The translations under genes were made by a program, and so were the position numbers. This document shows positions 31,791 through 48,200 of a stretch of DNA of 64,000 nt, piece after piece; the stretch's first letter is position 1; every line of letters begins with the position of its first letter. This stretch comes from the human T2T-CHM13v2.0 reference genome, Homo sapiens. A model generated the notes under the pieces. The model did no database searches, was not told where the DNA came from, and saw only the letters and a program-made list of their open reading frames with translations. The stretch lies in the NCBI RefSeq assembly GCF_009914755.1, contig NC_060931.1; one strand, written 5' to 3'.

Positions 31791-33561
31791 TTACATGGCT
31801 GTAATCCCAACTACCTGGGAGGCTGAGGTGGGAGAATCACTTGAGCCCAGTTGATGGAAGCTGTAGTGAGCCATAATCACCTCGCCGTACCTCAGCCTGT
31901 GTGACTTAGGGGGACTCTGTCTCAAAAAAAGTAAAAAAAAGAAAAAGAAAAAAGAAATATTCATTGGGGAAAAGAAGAGTGAACAAGCAAAGTTTCAGGA
32001 GAGTACTGTGAATGTGGGTCATGTCAGTAAAGTGTAGGGACTTGGGCAGGAGCGGCTGGACTTGAAGAGCAGGTTGGTGGAGACCAGGTCATTTATCCTA
32101 AGAAGTTTGCCCTGTAGCATGTAGATTAAATATCCCACGTTGGCTGCTGGCAACTGAACTGGGCTTCCTGTTTCTGTGTTTGGTTTGACCATCACAGTGT
32201 TGAAGAACTGTTGAAGTGAATACCTTGCAGTTTGCTACAGTTTCCCCCGGTCTCCCACATTACTCTGGCCTCCTTACCTCATGTAGGTTGCCTGACCCTC
32301 TGAGACCTGTGTTTGCTGTTCCTGCAGATGGGTGGGTATGAGGTGATTTAAGGAGGAAGATTTAATATATGAGTTGTAGAAAGATAAATAGACTGGGCGC
32401 AGTGGCTAAAGCCTGTAATCCCAGCACTTTGGGAGGCCAAGGCAGAAGGATTAGTTTGACCCAGGAGTTCAAGACCAGTCTGAGCCACATAGCGAGACCC
32501 CCTCTCTACAAAAAATTTAAAAATTAGCCAGGCATGGTGGCATGCACCTGTAATCCCAGCTACTCGGGAGGCTGAAGTGGGAGGATAGCTGGAGCCCAGG
32601 AGTTGAGAAAGCTGCAGTAAGTGGTGATCTCGCCACTGCACTCCAGTCTGAGTGACAGAGTGAGACCCTATCTCAGGAAGAAAAAAAAAAAAAAAAAAAA
32701 GCAAGAGAGATAAATAGATCCACCATTAGTGGGAGTGTGCTTTTGAGTGCTCTTTAGGAGAAAAATTTATTTTAATATTTTTTCTTCTTTATATTTTTTA
32801 TATTCTAGCAAGCCATTTCTTCAACAAGGAGAAATTAATTTCATCCAAAGAGCCCTAAGAGCAAGGGCAGACTCAGAAAATCAGAGGCACTGTAGTCAGT
32901 TTGAGCAGCTTATGTCTTCAGACTGCTAAGCTGGCCAGTGCCAGGCTGGGTCCCTTTAATTTCTCAAACACAAATCGCCCTGCTGGAATCTCAAGTTGGA
33001 TCTGCAGTAGATCACCATTAACTCAGCAGCTTGCTTTGTTGTGAGTCCTTATGCCAGGAACTGTGCGGGATACAAAATGTAAGAGAAGGCTGGAATAGAG
33101 CATCTCCTGGGGAAATGAGAGCCAGAGATACAGCGGTGCCCCATGGAGACAGCCAGCTGGTGTTTGGTAGTTCCTTGTGGAAAGGCTGTACTTTGGTAAG
33201 GTCTCCATATCTGCAGTGTGGCCTTCAATATTGTAGGTCCCCAAACTCCAGGTTTTTACATTCGCTGCATAGCTCAGGGTCGTAGGGAGTGATTCATCCT
33301 AGCAGAACTCTGGTTTTTAAGGCAGGCGTTCCATTTATTAATTGACAAAGGAGGCATATTTCTCCTTTAGTAACCTGATGATTTAGGTCCTTTCTTCAGG
33401 GACTCCCTTTCCACATAAAGGTTCTTGGAAAACTAAGCAGAGTATGAGGAAAAGGCTGTGAACAAGCTTGCTGGTCCCTCCCTGTCCTAAAAAAGAGCAT
33501 ACCTCTTCTGTAACCAGAAAACCCTTTTCACTAGTCAAGGCTGTGCAGACTGAGATGAAAG

Positions 33562-33562
<1 letters not shown>

Positions 33563-33602
<40 letters not shown>
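33563..33602. repeat. (TG)n microsatellite at an Alu tail
   Basis: Uninterrupted TG run. Confidence 0.95.
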
Positions 33603-33603
<1 letters not shown>

Positions 33604-33923
33604 ACAGGGTCTCACTCTGTCACCCAAGCTGGAGTGCAGTGGTGAGATCAGAGCTCACTGCAGCTTCCACTTTTGCAGCTTCCACTTTCCTCCTCCCACT
33701 TCAGCCTGCAGAGTAGCTGGGACTATAGGACTGTGCTACCACACCCAGCTCATTTTCTAATTTTTCGTAGAGATGAGGTTTCACTGTGTTGCCCAGGCTG
33801 GTCTTGAACTTCTGGCCTTACGGGATCCTCCTGCCTTAGTCTCCCAATAGGCTGGGATTATAGGTATGAGCCACTTCACCTGACCTGTGATGAGTTTTCA
33901 ACAATGTGATTCCTCTTTTACAG

Positions 33924-34084
33924 AACCACCTAAGCTAAAGATTCTTTTGAGAACAAGGGCTAGCCTGTGGTTTCATGGCCTTTCTTCCATTTGGGGTTCT
34001 TGCCAAGTGGAATTTAAATGACCTCTTATCAAGATGGATAAACCCAAGTTTCCCAGTGCTGGAATACAGAAAATGGATGGACAA
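33924..34084 (+). ncRNA. Candidate lncRNA exon
   Basis: Pyrimidine tract ttcctcttttacag acceptor and consensus donor ACAA|GTAAGT bounding 161 bp of non-repeat sequence; transcription not shown by sequence alone. Confidence 0.35.
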
Positions 34085-34292
34085 GTAAGTCCCACTCAGC
34101 ACCCATAGCCCAGACATGGGGACCTCAACACACCTGGGCCCCAGACATCACCTTTCATTGTGGGTAGCTCAGAGATGACACTTTTGGTTGTTAAGTGCCC
34201 ACTGGCAATAGTTTCTATAACAGCAAGTGAAGGAATAAATAGTCACCAAAACATTTTCTGTTCCCAATTCCAACATTAATTGGGTGAGATAA

Positions 34293-34667
<375 letters not shown>

Positions 34668-34860
34668 TAGGATACATTATGTTCCATGACAATGGTAATT
34701 TTTAATGACAGTTTTTAATTGAGTGGAATTACCATAAAAATAATAAAAGTAGCAGCTAATATTTACTGAGCTGTTACTAGGTGCCTATAAATATGATAGA
34801 TTTTTGAAATTCCCCATAACTCTTCCTTATTCCACTTAACCACTCTATCTTAAATTACTC

Positions 34861-34967
34861 ATGCTTGCTTCGGTAGCACATATACTAAAGTTGGAACAAT
34901 AGAGAGATTGGCATGGCCTCTTTGCAAGAATGTCATGCAAATTTGTGAAGCATTCCATATATTTTTT
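34861..34967 (+). pseudogene. U6 snRNA processed pseudogene (RNU6-xP type)
   Basis: ATGCTTGCTTCGGTAGCACATATACTAAAGTTGGAAC...GTGAAGCATTCCATAT matches full-length U6 with many substitutions and a damaged ACAGAGA box; A-rich tail; TSD AAATTACTC at 34852 and 34980. Confidence 0.95.
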
Positions 34968-35941
34968 AAAAAGAGAAAAAAATTACTCCCAGATTTTCAC
35001 TGGGTACATATGACCTTTTGTTTGAATTATATCCAAAGATGATATTTCCAGAAGTGAGATTACTGTGAGTCACAGGGCATGAGCATTCTTATTACACCTG
35101 ATGTAAATTGTCGAGCTTTCAGGCATGGTGGCTGTCTGCCTTTAATTCCAGCACTTTGGGACGCTGAGGTGGGAGGGAGGATTGCTTGAAGCCAGGAGTT
35201 AGAGGAGGCAGTATAGGGAATCACTGTCTGTATTATTTTAAAAAGACTGCCAAGCTTTACTCTCAAAGGCTTATATACAATTTAAACACCACTAATAGTG
35301 TAAAAAAATTGCCCATTTCAGGCCAGGCGCAGTGGCTCATGCCTGTAATCCCAGCACTTTGGGAGGCTGAGGTGGGTGGATCACGAGATAGAAATCGAGA
35401 CCACCCTGGCCAACATGGTGAAACCCCGTCTCTACTAAAAATACAAAAATTGGCTGGGCGTGCTGGTCTGTGCCTGTAATTTTAGCTACTCGAGAGGCTG
35501 AGGCAGGAGCATCGCTTGAACACAGGAGTTGGAAGTTGCAGTGAGCACGCCACTGCACTCCAGCCTGGCAATAGAGTGAGACTCTGTCTCAAAAAAAAAA
35601 AAAAAAAAAAAAAAAAGAAAATGCACATTTCATTGCACCTTTGCCGGCACAGGGTATTATAATTTAACAAGTTATTTTTTGTTTGACTATTTTTAATAAA
35701 TAAAATACCTAGTATTACTTTATTTTTATTTGTCATATTTTAATATCTTTCCTTGTGTTAGCTTATCAGCTTTATTTCTTCATTGTCCTTTTTTAATTTT
35801 TGAGACCAAGTCTCACCCTGTCGCCGAGGCTTGAGTGTAGTGATACAGTCTTGACTCACTGCAGCCTTGACCTCCTGGGCTCAGGTGATCCTTCCACCTC
35901 GGTTGCTGAGACTATAGGCACATGGAACCATACCTGACTAA

Positions 35942-36100
<159 letters not shown>

Positions 36101-36606
36101 TAGAGTTAATGAGTCTTTTACTAATTTGATTATCTATTTTTTATGAAATTATAAAAATAGTAAATACTTTTAAATAAAGAAGTGAAAATTTTCCTTCACT
36201 CTTTAGACCCACAATTTTATCTCAGGAAATAATTGCTATTGCAAAAATGGGCCATATTCTTCAAGATACATATAGGCTAATTGGACATCACTTCACATTT
36301 TCATATTTCGTGGACATCTATGCCAATACCTATTGATCTATCTTACTCCTTTTCATGGTTGCATAATATTTTATTATATAGATGTATCACAGTTTACCAG
36401 TCAGCCACTGTAGGCGTTTAGGCTCCTTCTAATGTTTGCTTTGAACTCTTTATATAATTAAAAATTAACACCCTCAGCCAGATGTGGCAGCTCACACCTG
36501 TAATCCCAGCACTTTGGAAGACTGAGGTGGGAGAACTGCTTGAGGGTAGGAGATCATCACCAGCCTGGTCAACAGAGTGACACTTTGTTTCTATTAAAAT
36601 TTTTTA

Positions 36607-36834
<228 letters not shown>

Positions 36835-37060
36835 TCACTGCAGTCCTGCCCACGCAATAGAGCAAGACCCTTTCTCAAAGAATAAAATAAAATAAAAATT
36901 AACCCTTTATCATATTTCCCACTAACACCTTCCATCCTACGTTTTTCCTAGAAGCCCTTGAATTTTGTTTGCTTTTCACATACCATTTAAAACTTTTAAG
37001 TACTGATGTCTGTTTCATCCCTCCTTTTTTTTTTAAAGGATGTCTTTTTGTCACTTCCAG

Positions 37061-37125
37061 CTGGATCTACCATGAAAGACGTCAGAGTCCAGGAAGAGAG
37101 ACTGACTGGGCAACATGTTATTCAG
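37061..37125 (+). ncRNA. Candidate 65-bp lncRNA exon of this duplicon family
   Basis: ctttttgtcacttccag|CTGGATCTACC...GTTATTCAG|gtacaa; resembles an exon recalled from paralogous duplicon lncRNAs (recollection, unverified). Confidence 0.5.
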
Positions 37126-37589
37126 GTACAAAAAGACTTGGACTGTAACTAAAAAATGATCAAATAATAGTGCATACATCAAGAACAATGGAAAGCACTT
37201 CTGGAGGGTGAGAGAAGCTTCCAGTTAAGTTGACATTGAAGCTGGGTCCTGAAAGATGAGGAAGAGTTGTATGAGAGTGAGGAGGGAAGGAGGAGGTGGA
37301 GGGATGGGGAATGGGCTGGGATGGGATGGAGTGGGCTGTCCAGGTGGGGAAACCAGCACTGTAAAGACCTGGACAATGAAGATGGCACATTTTGTTCAGG
37401 GAATGGTGAAGTAAGAGTGGCAGGAGTGCTTTGGAGAGACAGTAATTTGCTTGTATGGAATTTTGCCCAAGAGACCTCATTACAGTTTCTAATCTTTTGA
37501 TGTTATCATCCATCACTGTCCTTGTCAAATAGTTTGGAATAGGTATGATGATCACAATAACATCAAGCATAATATTTCATTAATTCTCA

Positions 37590-37913
37590 GAATTAGAGAA
37601 GATGATGTGGTGATGGAAGAAGAGGTCAGAGAGGGAGATTTGAAGATGTTGCAGTTCTGGCCTTCAAGATGGAGTCAGGGGCTATCTTCAAGGTGAGTCA
37701 AGGAATGGGGTGGCTTCTAGAAGCTGGAAAAGACAAGGGAGCACATTCTCTCTAGAGCCTCCAGAAGGAATGCAGCCCCTCTTACACCTTGACTTTAGCC
37801 TTAATAGGCCTAGTTTGGGCCTCTGGTTCCCAGAACTATAATATGGCAGATTTTTGGTGTTTTAAGGCACTAAATATAGGGTAGTTTGTTGCAGCAGCAA
37901 GAAGAAACGAACA
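37590..37913 (+). mobile_element. MLT1-family MaLR LTR fragment
   Basis: AGAAGCTGGAAAAG...TTCTCTCTAGAGCCTCCAGAAGGAATGCAGCCC...ACACCTTGACTTTAGCC...TTTGTTGCAGCAGCAA. Confidence 0.8.
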
Positions 37914-38299
37914 TGAGCCAGGGGCAGTTGCTCACACCTGTAATCCCAGCACTTCAGGTAGCTGAGATGGGGAGCATCGCTTGAGCCCAGGAATTTAAGA
38001 CAAGCCTGGGCAACATAGTGAGACTTCTTATTGAAAAAAATTTTTGTTAAATTAGGCAGATGTTGTGGTATGCACTTGTAGTCTCAGCTCCTAGGGAGGC
38101 TGAGGTGGGAGGATTGTTTAAGTCTGGGAGGTTGAGGTTGTTGTGAGCTGTGATTGAGCCACTATACTCCAGCCTGGGCAATAAAGCAAGACCCTCTTTC
38201 AAGAAAGAAAGAGAAAAGAGAGAAAGAAAAAAAGAGGGAGGGAAGGAGGGAAGAGAGGGAGGAGGAAGGAAAGGAAGGAAGGAAGAAAGGAAGGACGCA

Positions 38300-38880
38300 T
38301 GACAGATGGAAATGTTAAATAGAGTGGTGAGGGTTGGCCTCACAAGTGAAAATTGAGCAAAAGCTTGAAGCAGGTGATGGAGCTGGCCAAGGTGCTGAGG
38401 GAAGAGCGTTGTAGGCTGAATCAACAGGATAAAGGCATTAGGAGACTCCCTGGTGAGTCTGAGGCTCTGGAAGGAGGCCAGTGGAGCAGAGAGAGAGAGG
38501 GAGAGAAGTAAGGGAGCAGGCCAGGGAGTTGCTAGGCGGTGATCAGTATAGATCGTGTAAGCCCTGGGAGGCTATTGCTGAGGCTTTGACTTCTATTCTG
38601 ACTGAAATGGGAACTGCAGGAGGGTTCTGAGTAGAGAGGCGACATGATCTGTCTCCTGATTTAAAAGCACCCCCTGGCTGCTGAGTTGAGAAAGACTGTG
38701 GGAAGATTTGGGTAGAAGCATGGGGGCCAAGCTGTGTCAGCATCCAGGTGGGAGATGGTAGTGGTCCTGACCAGGGTCATGGCTGTGGTGAGAGATGGTC
38801 AGAACCTGGATAGATGTTGAAGTCAGCCAATAGGATTTCCTGACAGACTGGGTGTGGGCTGTGAGATAAGGCAGGGGTCA
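38300..38880 (-). mobile_element. L2 LINE fragment
   Basis: Purine-rich antisense-L2 motifs such as GACATGATCTG...TTTAAAAGCAC and CCAATAGGATTTCCTGACAGACTGG. Confidence 0.65.
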
Positions 38881-40431
38881 AGGTTGAGCTTGATTCTAAT
38901 GGAATTATTAAGTAATTTTAAAAAACACTGCTGCCTTTCCCAATCCTACCAAGTAAAGGATGCTAGATGAAAGAAATCTCAAGTCGGGCCAGGTGCAGTG
39001 GCTCACACCTGTAGTTCTAACAGTTTGAGAGGCAGAGATGGGAGTATGTTTTAAGGCCCAGGAGTTGGAGAGCAGCCTGGGCAACATAGCAAGACATCCT
39101 CTCTACAAAAACAAAATAGAGAAATTTAATACAGTAAACTAAATACAGCTGAGCATGGTGCTGTGTACCTATGGCCCCAGTTACTCAGGAGGCCGAGGTG
39201 GGCAGATCTCTTGAGGCTAGGAGTTTGAGTCCAGCTTGGGCAACATAGCAAGACTCCTCTCTTTACAAAAATTAAAAAAAAGAATAGCCTGACATGGTGG
39301 CACTTGCTTGTATTCCCAGTTAGGGGTAGGCTGAGGCAGGATGATCTCTTGAGTCCAGTTGGACGAGGCTGCAGTGAACTATGATTATATCACTGCACTC
39401 CAACCTGGGTGACAGAGCGGGACCCTGTCTCAAAATACAAATACAAATAAAATGAAATTTCAAGTCAGACCAGTCCCTTCTAGGCTATGGAGGCCTTGCA
39501 GCCACATAGCTGCATGATTGAGTTTGTGTGGCTGTGGATGAGGAGACCCCTGCCTAATTATTGTTGGCTATATAATCAGTTTATTTTTAATTTTAGTAAT
39601 CAGATATATTTCCTCATACTTGATGGTCTCAGATATGTGTGGGTTTTGGAATTCTCCTTGGAACAGGTTGTAACATCTTATTGGTTTCATCATTCCGTAA
39701 TTTTTTTTATCTGATCACTTTTTAATAAGATCAGAATTGACATTAGACTACCTAATCAGTTTTGATTAATGAGAAAATGAAATTATGTTGTTTGCACTTT
39801 ATCCAAGATTGGTTTCATATTGGCTAAATCTAATCAATACTTGAACAAATGCAAAATTAGAGCTTCTTTATCATGAAACACTTTGTCATTCTTGAAGAAG
39901 ATGCCATTTCTTTTTTGTAGCCTTTAATAAACAGCTGCTATCATTGCAGACTTGCTATTCAGGCACTTAGGAATTTTTCACTAGAAGGCATGTAAAGAAA
40001 GACCATGGGCATTTGTAATGAATTTAGCATTCATTGTTTGACTGCATGACTGTCCCCAGAGCTGTAACTTTACTAACAAATTTTTCAGAATCCACTTAGC
40101 TGGCAGCTGAGCCTAACCAGCCACTAACCATCATTATTCAGTGCTCTTTTATTCTTATCTATTTCTCCTCAAACTTGGCTACACTCAAAAAGTGATAAAA
40201 ACTTGCATTTCTTTTCTTTCCTTTTTAGAGAGAAGATCTTGATCTGTGGCCCAGGCTGCAGTACAGTGACATGATCATGGTTCACTACAGCTTCAAACTC
40301 CTGGCCTCAAGCCATCCTCCCACGTCAGTCTCCCAAGTAGCTGAAACTACGGACATGTGCCGCCATGCCCAGCTAATTTTTTATTTATTTATTTACTTAT
40401 TTATTTTTTCATAGAGATGGGATCTTGTTAG

Positions 40432-41150
<719 letters not shown>

Positions 41151-41847
41151 TGGGTGCAATGGCTCACACCTGTAATCCCTGCTACTCAGGAGGCTCATTT
41201 GAGAGGATGGGTTGAGCACACAAGTTCAAGACCAGCCTGGGCAAGACAGTGAGACCCTGTCTTGATTTTTCTTTTAAAAATCCAATTAAAATGACAAGAA
41301 AAGAAATACCCAAAGTGGTTACACCATTTTATATTTCCACCAGTGATGTATGTGGGTTCCAGTTCCTCCACATCTTCACTGACATTATTTTTTTTTTCTA
41401 GACAGGGGCTTGCTCTGTCTCTCAGGCTGCAGTACAGTGACGCCATCACAGTTCACTGCAGCCTTGACCTCCCAGGCACAAATGATCTTCTCATCTCAGC
41501 CTCCTGAGTAGCTGGGAATTATAGGTACACGCCATCATGCCTGACTAATTTTTATATTTTTTTGTAGTGATGGGGTTTTACCATGTTGCCCAGGCTGGTC
41601 TCTTACTCCTGGCCTCAAGTGATCTGCCCACCTCACCCTCCCAAAGTTCTGGAATTACAGGCTGAGCCATCATGCCTGGCCTTCACCAACATTTGTTATT
41701 GTCCATTTTTTTTCGTTTATACCTTAAAGCAGTATAAGAACAAGTGTTTTCAATTATGGTAAACAAAAAATATAATCCCGGGGCATTTGGATGCTGAGAC
41801 AGGAAGATCTCTTGATGCCAGGAGGTTTTTGTTTTGTTTTGTTTTGA

Positions 41848-41949
<102 letters not shown>

Positions 41950-42189
41950 TGAGTAGCTGGGATTACAGGTACATGCCACTACTGCCCGACTAATTTTTGT
42001 ATTTTTAGTAGAGACGGAGTTTTGCCATGTTGGTCAGGCTGGTCTCAAACTCCTGATTTCAGGTGATCCCCCTACCTCAGCCGCCCAAAGTGCTGGGATT
42101 ACAGGCATGAGCCACTGTGTCTGGCCTGATGCCAGGAGTTTTAGACCAACCTAGCAAGACCTCATCTCAACAGAATATTTAAAAATTAG

Positions 42190-42579
<390 letters not shown>

Positions 42580-42890
42580 TGAGCTGTCCAGGCCTCCCAA
42601 GCAGCACAGAAATGAGGTGAGGGAGTTTTCCTGCTGCTCCACTCTGTGAGGAGCTGGAGGATGATGTTCACTCATTTGCAGAGAGAGATGTCTTGTAGGC
42701 ACCTTAGGATGGAGGGGACCCTGATTCCAATGTCCTTTTGTTTTTTTCTTTAGAAGCAGGACCTTGCTCTGTCACCCAGGATGGAGTTCAGTAGTCCAAT
42801 CATGGCTCATTGTAACCTCAGATTTCCAGGCTCAAGCAATCCTCCCACTTCATCCTTCCCAGTAGCTGGGACTACAGGTTGGTGCCATGA

Positions 42891-43136
<246 letters not shown>

Positions 43137-44314
43137 TAAGGTCAGCTGATTAGCAACATTAATTCCATCTGTACTCTTAATTCCCCCTTCCTATGTAATT
43201 ATGCGGTGTAACATAGGACATGAGCAGTTGGGGGGTCATTACTTTGGCCACCACTGTGATACTTTGGCCACCACCATGACTATTTTGTGCCAGGTACTGA
43301 GGTAAGCACTGGTGAATTAAACATGAATAACACACACTCCCTAATCTCCATTCATTTATGGGAGGAGCACCTCGCTTCCCATGCTCCTGAGAATCTAGGG
43401 AGTCAAGGAAGACTTCCTGGAGGAGGTGGTGCTAAAGCGGACAAGTGACAGAGGAGCTGAAGCTAGCCAGGAAGAGAGTAGATAAGGGGAAGCGTATTCT
43501 AAGCAGAGGGCATCACCCACTTCGCAGGCTCGCAGAGAGAGAGAGTGGGCATTCAAGGGACAGATGAGGCTCAGTTGGACTCCACAGCAGGTAAAATGGA
43601 GAGGGGCAAGCAGTGAGGCTGCCTTGCAAGACAGGGCAGAGCAGGGCCTGTTAAGGAGTTTGGACTTAATCCCAAAGGCAAGGAGAAGTGATGTAAACAG
43701 GGGAGTAATGTGATGAGATTCACGTATGAGAGACATGGCTCACGCTGCTGTGTGGAGAAGGCACCAGGGGGAGCAGATGGCTCAGTGGGTGTGCTGGAGA
43801 CCTAAAGCAGGGAACACACTGAGTTTAGGGAGAGTTTTTTAAAATAGCAGAAGTTTGAGTAATTTAAATGCTGGTGGGAAGGAGCTAAAAGCAGGGGACA
43901 GGTTAAACATACAGGGAAGTGGGAGGAAGAACTGACAAGTGAGGTTCCAGAGAGGGCAGGAGAAGAGGAGATTCTTATAGGGGGATTAGCATTCCTCTCC
44001 CCTCCTCTCCCCTCCCCTCTCCTCCCTTCCCCTCCCCTTCCCTAAGACAGGGTCTCACTCTGCTGCTCAGGCGAGAGTGTACTGGCATGATCTTGGTTCA
44101 CTACAGCCTAGACTTCCCAGGTTCAAGGGATCTTCCGACCCCAGACTCCCAAGTAGCTGGAACTACAGTTGTGCACCACCACCATACCTGGCTAATTTTT
44201 TTTTTTTTTTGGTAGACACAGTGTCTCACTAAGTTGCCCAGCCTGGTCTCCAACTTTTGGCCTCAAGCAGTCCTTCTACCTAGGCTTCCCAAATTGCTGG
44301 GATTACAGGCATGA

Positions 44315-45202
<888 letters not shown>

Positions 45203-45204
<2 letters not shown>

Positions 45205-48200
45205 GTCCAGCTACTGCCTTCCAGTGACCTCTTTAGGCTCATCTCATGCTTCACCGTGGCCTCGCCAAACCAAGCTGCTGCGTTTCAGCAGCCTCTGCAG
45301 CAGAGGCCGAGCTCTGCGTCCTGATCATCCTGATGGCCTCTTTAGGCCCAGCTCATTTCTCACAACGGCCACCTTAGGCCCAGCTTTTCCCTTTTGGTGG
45401 CCTCTCCAGGCCGAGAAATTCCTCAAGTCGGCCTCCCCCACCGCAGTTGCTGCCTCCCGGCCTCTTCTCCAGTCCCAGTCCTCTCTCGCAGCTGTGTCTA
45501 CAGGCCCAGCTCCTGCCTCCAAAGAGCCTCTTTTGACTCGGCTCCTACCCAGCTCCTGGCAGCCTTTGTAGGCCTGAAATCTCTTCCAGTCCAGCACTCC
45601 ATACCCAGTCTCCCCTCACAGCGGCCTTCCCAGGCCCAGCTTTTGCCTCACAGCGGCCTTCCCCGGCCATTTTCTAGCCGGCCTCGCGGTAGCCTCAACA
45701 AGCCCAGCTCCCGCCTCACACTGGCCTCTCTAGGCCCAGCTCAGGCGTCACAGTGGCGTCTCCAGGCCCAGCTCCCGCCCACCCCAACAGCGTCTCGCGG
45801 CTCAAGGCGTTCTCAAGATGGCCCTTCCAGGCCAAGTTCCTGCCTCCCGCCGATGGCCCGTGTGGGCCCAAAGCGTCCTGAAGTCGGCCTCGCCAGGCCC
45901 AGCTCCTGCCTGTCGTAGGCGCCTAGAGGCATGGCCTCTGCCTCCTCACAGTGGACCCCCCCAGACCCAGCTCTTGCTTCAGCATGGCCACCTCAGGCCA
46001 AGCTCCTGCCTTGCCTGTTGGCAGCCTCCACAGGCCCAGCTCTTGCCTCTCGCCATCCTCTCCAGGTCCAGAACTGTTTCCAGCCGGCCTCTCCAGGCCC
46101 AGCTCTCCCTCCCGGCTGTGGCTGCCGGCCCAGCTCCTGCCTCGCAACAGGCACGTTCGGCCCAACTCCTGCCCAGCTCATGGCAGCATTTGTAGGCCCC
46201 AGGCTCCTCTAAGTCAGGCCTTCCAGGCCCTGCCTTCAGCTCCCTGGCGGCCTGGAGAGGCCCAGCTCCTGCCTGACAGCGGCCTCTCCGGGCCCAGCTC
46301 TTGTCTCGCGTCGGCCTCCCCGGGACACATTTCCCCCTGCCTCGCGGCAGCCCCGAAAGACCCAGCTCCTGCCTCCTGATGGCCTCTTTAGGCTCATCTC
46401 ATGCCTCACTGCAGCCTCCCCCAGGCCAGGCTCCTGCCTTTCGGCGGCTTCCGCAGGTCCGGCTCCTGCGTCCTGACGGCCTCTTTAGGCCCGGCTCGTC
46501 CCTCACAATGGCCTCTTTCAAAGGCCCAGCTTTTCCTTCGTGGCGGCCTCTCCAGGCCCAAATTGGCAAGCCTCCCCTGTCCTGGTGGCTGTCTCCCGGC
46601 CTACTCTCCAGGCCCAGCACACTCTCGCGGCTGTACCTCCAGGCCCAGCCCCTGCCTGCAGACAGCCGCTTTTGACTCGGTTCGTGCCCAGCTCCTGGCG
46701 GCCTTTGTAGGCCCGAAACCTCCTCCAGCACAGCTCTTCAGGCCCACCTGTGGCCTCGCAGCGGCCTTCCCAGGCCCAGCTCTTGCCTCACGGCGGCCTT
46801 CCCCGGCTGTATTCCTGCCAGCCTCTCGGCGGCCTCAAAAAGCCCGGCGCCTGCCTCACACTGGGGTCTCTAGGCCCAGCTCACGCCTGACGGTGGTCTC
46901 TCAAGGCCCAGCTCCCGCCCACCCCGACCGGCCCAAGGCTTTCTCAAGTTGGCCCATCCAGGGCCCAATTCCTGCCCTCCGCTGATGGCCTGTGCAGACC
47001 CAAAGTATCCTGAAGTCGGCCTCGCCGGGCCTAGCTCCTGCCTGTCATAGGCCCCTAGAAGCACGGCCTCTGCCTTCTAAAAGTGGAACCCCCCAGTCCC
47101 AGCTGTTGCCTCAGCGTGGCCACATCAGCCGAAGCTCCTGCCCTGCCTGTTGGCAGCCTCCATGGGCCAAGCTCTTGCCTCTCACCATCCTCTCCAGGCC
47201 CAGTACTGTTTCCAGCCGGCCTCTCCAGGCCCAACTCTCCCTCTCAGCTGTGCCTGCCGGCCCAGCTCCTACCTCGCAAAAGCCACGTTCGGCCCAGCTC
47301 CTGCCCAGCTCCTGGCAGCCTTTGTAAACCCCAGGATCCTCTAAGTCAGGCCTTTCAGGCCCTGCCTTTGGCTCCCCGGTGGCATGGAGAGGCCCAGCTC
47401 CTGCCTGACAGCGGCCTCTCCAGGCCCAGCTCTTGCCTCACGTTGGCCTCCCTGGGCCACGTTTCCGCCTGCCTCGCGGCAGCCCCGACAATCCCGGCTC
47501 CTGCCTCCCGATGGCATCTTTAGGCTCATCTCGTGCCTCACCACGGCCTGCACCAGGCCACACTCCTGCCTTTCGGTGGCCTCCGCGGGCCTGACTCCTG
47601 CGTCCCAATGGCCTCTTTAGGCCCGGCTCGTGCCTCGCCGCGGCCTCCTGAGGCCCACCTTTGCCCTTCTGGCAGCCTCTCCAGGCCCAGGACTTCCTCA
47701 AGTCGGCCTCTGCCAGCCCAGTGGCCGCCTCCCGGCCTCCTCTCCGGGCCCAGCTCCTTGCTCGTGGCTGCGCCCGCGGGCCCAGCTCCTGCCTCTGAAC
47801 ATCCTCCTGTGACTCGGCTCCTGCCCAGCTCCCAGCGGCCTCCGTAGACCCGAAGCCTCCTCCGGTCCAGCTCTCCAGGCCTGCCTCCTGCCTCGTGGCG
47901 GCCTTCCCCGGCCATGCTCGTGCCGGCTTCCCGGCAGCCTCCACGAGCCCGGCTCCTGCCTCACGCGGGCCCCTCCAGGCCCAGCTCGTGCCTCGCGGCG
48001 GCCTCTCCAGGCCCGGCTCCCGCCCAGCCCGACGGCGTCTCCCAGCCCAAGGCTCCCTTCCTCAACGTCGGCCCCTCTGGGCCCAGCTCCTGCCTCCCGC
48101 TGATGGCCTGTGCGGGCCCACCCGAGGCGGCCCGAAGTCGGCCTCGCCAGGCCCAGCTCCTGCCTGGCGTAGGCCCCTGGGGGCACGGCCTCTGCCCCAC

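Noticed and set aside
34861-34967. Functional U6 gene
   Set aside because: Many substitutions, damaged ACAGAGA box, A-rich tail and TSD indicate a retrocopy; no upstream promoter elements recognised.
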